This document shows positions 18,472 to 21,329 of a DNA stretch of 21,329 nt, piece by piece. The stretch comes from Armatimonadota bacterium (GTDB lineage: Bacteria > Armatimonadota > Hebobacteria > CAIYQO01). Location of the stretch: positions 1-21,329 of the forward strand of contig JBBRXO010000048.1 of assembly GCA_038248345.1 (NCBI GenBank), written 5' to 3'. How positions within the stretch are numbered: the stretch's first letter is position 1; the number at the start of each line of letters is the position of its first letter. The notes under the pieces were generated by a model. The model saw only the letters and a list, made by a program, of their open reading frames with translations, did not search any database and was not told the DNA's origin. The translations under genes and the position numbers were made by a program.

Positions 18472-18568
18472 AATACTTTTTTATTCGCTATTGAGGGTGG
18501 GGAGTCCTGCCGGGGTAAGTGGAAAAGAAGTGCGAATATGAAGCAAATATTGTAGGAGCATGTGGGTA

Positions 18569-18623
18569 ACCTAACCCCCCAGCCCCCTTCCCGGCGCCGG
18601 GAAGGAGGCTGGGGGGGTTAGGT
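18569..18623. repeat. 55-bp near-perfect palindrome with no spacer
   Basis: acctaaccccccagcccccttcccggc|gccgggaaggaggctgggggggttaggt; one mismatch and one extra G. Confidence 0.85.
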
Positions 18624-18744
18624 AGACCACGGGGCCGGCGTACGGCTAACTAAAACCGCTACTCCGGGGGTGATATTTCGCTTAAGCGTCAATCTAACGC
18701 ACGTGCTATAATTGGCAAAGATAAAGATTACAAAGGGGCATACG

Positions 18745-19287
18745 ATGGCAAGAGCGAAGAGTGGCGGTGGAAATTCTGGTGGCGGTGGCGGCACGAGCAC
18801 TCCAAAGTCGGCGCTGGCGGGGTTGGCGCTGGGGCGCGTGTTCCTTGGTGGTTTCTTTCTCTACAGCGGGGCACTCAATTGGTACATGTTCGCCGCCTTC
18901 ACCGCGGCGTTGCGGGCGGCCACCACACGCAGCGGGGAGTACGTCGCCGGGAATTATGTGGATGGCTACGCTAATCTGCTCAATAACGCCATCAACCCCC
19001 ATCCCGACATCGCCGCCATGTGCATCATCGGGATGGAGCTGCTGGTGGGTGCGCTGCTACTCTTAGGGTTACTCACGCGGCTGGCCGCGGGGATCGCCAT
19101 CGTCATGAACGTCTGCTACCTGCTGGCCACCGCCCACATCGCCACATCTGTACTGCAGGTGGAGTACGCCTGGGTGAACGGCGCCTTCATCATGCTGGAG
19201 CTGGCCATCCTGCTGGGCGCCGCCGGGCGCATGTGGGGCCTGGACAGCAAACTGGCGCGTAAATCCGGGGGCGGTTTTTTCTGGTAG
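18745..19287 (+). CDS. DoxX family membrane protein
   Basis: LGRVFLGGFFLYSG, ELLVGALLLLGLLTRLAA, GAAGRMWGLD; about four hydrophobic segments; TGnTATAAT at 18704-18712. Confidence 0.8.
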   Translation: MARAKSGGGNSGGGGGTSTPKSALAGLALGRVFLGGFFLYSGALNWYMFAAFTAALRAATTRSGEYVAGNYVDGYANLLNNAINPHPDIAAMCIIGMELLVGALLLLGLLTRLAAGIAIVMNVCYLLATAHIATSVLQVEYAWVNGAFIMLELAILLGAAGRMWGLDSKLARKSGGGFFW

Positions 19288-19311
19288 GTACCAGCGGTTC
19301 ACCATACGCCA

Positions 19312-19340
19312 TTGAATAATGCTAAACCTGGTGGTAAAAT
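19312..19340 (+). promoter_or_regulatory. Putative sigma70 promoter of the TA operon (leaderless)
   Basis: TTGAAT-17 nt-TAAAAT with extended TG; ATG follows 6 nt later. Confidence 0.6.
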
Positions 19341-19346
19341 AATCGT

Positions 19347-19559
19347 ATGAATAGCGCCGAATATTTGAAGTTAAGCATACCAGAAAGAATAATGCTGGTA
19401 GAGGATATCTGGGATAGCATCGTAACATCTCCCGATGCTATTCAGCTAACTGCTGCACAGCAGCTTGAAGTTGAAAAACGCCTGGCATCCTATCATGATT
19501 CACCGGATGAAGGAGCTACATGGGAAGTGATGCGTGAGCGCGTCAGGAAAAGTAGATGA
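19347..19559 (+). CDS. Addiction-module antitoxin (TIGR02574-like)
   Basis: LSIPERIMLVEDIWDSI..EVEKRL..WE pattern; 70 aa; ATGA overlap with the downstream toxin. Confidence 0.85.
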   Translation: MNSAEYLKLSIPERIMLVEDIWDSIVTSPDAIQLTAAQQLEVEKRLASYHDSPDEGATWEVMRERVRKSR

Positions 19560-19853
19560 TGCGCAGATTTATCATTCGTCCAGAAGTTGAAGCGGATCTA
19601 ATTGAAGCCTATAACTGGTATGAGGAGTGTTTACCTGATTTGGGTGGTGAATTCCTCCATTCAGTGGACGCGATCTTTGAAAGTATACGAAGAAATCCAC
19701 AACAATATCCGATTGTTGTTTAAGGCAGTGCGGCGGGCAGTAATGCGGCGATTCCCCTATGTTGTTCTTTACACCGTAGACTCCGACAGAGTAGTTGTTC
19801 TGACCGTCTTCCACGCTAAACTATCTCCAGATAAATGGGAAACCAGAAGCTAG
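19556..19853 (+). pseudogene. RelE/ParE family toxin split by a frameshift
   Basis: From ATG 19556: MMRRFIIRPEVEADLIEAYNWYEECLPDLGGEFLHSVDAIFESIRRNPQQYPIVV, stop TAA 19721-19723. The +1 frame continues FKAVRRAVMRRFPYVVLYTVDSDRVVVLTVFHAKLSPDKWETRS to TAG ending at 19853. Confidence 0.85.
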
Positions 19854-19893
19854 AATTCTGCGAGTTGTTCTCTACCTTCCAGCGCAATCCCTC

Positions 19894-20751
19894 TTACCCC
19901 CCACCCCACTGCAACTTCTCGCGCAGGCGGTCGTAGAAGGAGGTGTCGTCTATTTTTGCCAGGGTGGCCACGCAGGGATCGGGGGTGATTACTATCTGGT
20001 CGCCCATGCTCACCGTCACCGGGTCCTGGCCGTCGGCGATGACGAGGATTTCGTCGCCGTGGAAATTGCCCTCGCAGGTGATCACCATTGGGTCAGCCGC
20101 CGGGAAAACCATGGGGCGGAAGGAGAGGCTGTGCGGGCAGATGGGTACCAGCACCGTCACCGCCGCGCCCGGATGAATGATGGGGCCGCCGGCGGAGAGG
20201 CCGTAGGCCGTGGAGCCAGTAGGGGTGGAGATGAGCAGGCCATCCGCGCTGAAACGCCCCAGCTCGCGCCCGGCCACCGTGACATCGAGGTTGATCAGCC
20301 GTCCCTGCCGCCCCTGCCGTACCACGATGTCATTCAGCGCCGTCATTTCCGTCATTATCTCGCCGCTGTGCATGATAACCCCGCGCAACATACTCCGCGT
20401 CTCTACCGTGAACTCCCCACGCAGGGCCAGCGGGAGTAATACCGGCAACTGCTCGGGTGTGATCGCGGTGAGGAAGCCCAGCGCCCCGGCGTTGATGCCC
20501 AGCACCGGTACATTATGCGGCGCCGCGGCACGTACCGCCCCCAGCATGGTGCCGTCGCCGCCGATGGCGATGGCCAGGTCGGCCCCCGGCATCAACAGCT
20601 CCTCCGCCACGCCCCCGGCGAGACCGAGCGCCACCGCCGTCTCCGTTGTCATGCACACCTCGGCACCCGTTGCCAGTGCCAGCGCAACGGTATTGCGCAC
20701 GATCTCCAGCGCATGAGGTCGCAACAAAGTAGCCACAATCACAATTCGCAT
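19894..20751 (-). CDS. nadK: NAD(+) kinase
   Basis: IGGDGTML, GINAGALGFL, ALND, DGLLISTPTGSTAYGLSAGGP, PICPH, ADGQ. Confidence 0.96.
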   Translation of the reverse strand: MRIVIVATLLRPHALEIVRNTVALALATGAEVCMTTETAVALGLAGGVAEELLMPGADLAIAIGGDGTMLGAVRAAAPHNVPVLGINAGALGFLTAITPEQLPVLLPLALRGEFTVETRSMLRGVIMHSGEIMTEMTALNDIVVRQGRQGRLINLDVTVAGRELGRFSADGLLISTPTGSTAYGLSAGGPIIHPGAAVTVLVPICPHSLSFRPMVFPAADPMVITCEGNFHGDEILVIADGQDPVTVSMGDQIVITPDPCVATLAKIDDTSFYDRLREKLQWGGG

Positions 20752-20757
20752 ATCTGC

Positions 20758-20786
20758 ATTGTAACGGTGAATGGGATTGGATGCAA
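20758..20786 (-). promoter_or_regulatory. Putative sigma70 promoter of nadK (leaderless)
   Basis: Minus strand: TTGCAT-17 nt-TACAAT-gcagat-ATG. Confidence 0.7.
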
Positions 20787-20860
20787 TAGGCTATTTGAAA
20801 ACTACGGACTGAGAAGATATAAACACAGAGGGCACGGAGGGGGTTAGGAATGTGAGTACC

Positions 20861-20957
20861 CCTGGGAACGCAGGCGTCCCGCCTGCCCTCGGCGCATTTA
20901 TAACAGGACAGAATAGAGGAACGCCTTAGTGGCAGGCGGGACGCCTGCGCTCCCAGG
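20861..20957. repeat. REP doublet: 27-bp inverted arms with a 43-nt spacer
   Basis: cctgggaacgcaggcgtcccgcctgcc / ggcaggcgggacgcctgcgctcccagg; one mismatch. Confidence 0.85.
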
Positions 20958-20958
20958 A

Positions 20959-21007
20959 TACCACCCCTGAAGGAGGTGGCTCACAACGGCAAGCACGCTA
21001 AAGCGTG
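20959..21007. repeat. Two-hairpin repeat, inverted copy of 4655-4704
   Basis: taccacccctgaaggaggtggctcacaacggcaagcacgctaaagcgtg vs reverse complement taccaccccctaaaggaggtggctaacaacggcaagcaccctaaagggca. Confidence 0.85.
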
Positions 21008-21024
21008 GTGATAAGCAACAATAA

Positions 21025-21052
21025 AACCACGAAGACACAAAGACACGAAGAG
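21025..21052. repeat. (CACGAAGA)n arm, copy of 8749-8776
   Basis: 26/28 identical. Confidence 0.85.
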
Positions 21053-21072
21053 AGGAAGAAAACAATAAGTAG

Positions 21073-21329
21073 GTGAAGCGTCGATGAAATCGACGGCATA
21101 TAGCGGGTTTGAGTCAAACATAAAGTTGTACAGGACTACCATTGGCAATGATTTACCAAGGCGACGAGTTGGCTGGCGGCAATCGGTTTGGCGAGACCTT
21201 TACGGATGGAGGGAGTCCCGTATGGTGAAGGCGTAGCGTGTCACACCAGCTTTTGACTAAGGCGTTGTAACCGTAAGGTTGCCGCGCAAGCGTTAGTATG
21301 GAGGTTCTGCAGGCGGTGTATTGAGCCGC
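21073..21329 (+). mobile_element. Probable 5' part (domain I) of a group II intron, truncated by the window end
   Basis: No ORF. 5' hairpin cgtcgat-gaa-atcgacg; then ordered blocks GGTGAAGGCGTAGCG..CACACC, a GNRA hairpin gtaacc-GTAA-ggttgc, AAGCGTT, and GCAGGC..GTATTGAGCCGC. These match my recollection of bacterial group II intron domain I; not verified by search. Confidence 0.6.

Noticed and set aside
19602..19853. 83-aa ORF as a complete toxin gene
   Set aside because: Its N-terminal half is out of frame with the toxin; only the part after about 19719 is toxin-like.

Overview
Bacterial chromosomal window, mostly housekeeping genes. An Armatimonadota/Planctomycetota-like origin is suggested by a prepilin + DUF1559 + H-X9-DG gene (inference). 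In order: a 5'-truncated PAS-PAS hybrid histidine kinase (REC-REC-Hpt) coupled to a REC-GGEEF diguanylate cyclase and a beta-carbonic anhydrase; a lone leuD-type small subunit; pyrF; greA; a prepilin/H-X9-DG protein fused to a PstS-like domain; a SAM methyltransferase; fba-pfkA-hppA; a Gfo/Idh/MocA + DegT pair; mtlD-like; DoxX; an antitoxin plus a frameshifted ParE/RelE toxin; nadK. The most unusual content is non-coding. Many intergenic gaps hold palindromic REP/REPIN/MITE-like elements from at least six families, some nested and some with compensatory base changes between copies. Several families are stacked at 20.8-21.05 kb, directly before what looks like domain I of a group II intron that runs off the window end. 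Three genes look leaderless (-10 box exactly 6 nt before ATG). All family assignments come from motifs read by eye; no searches were run.
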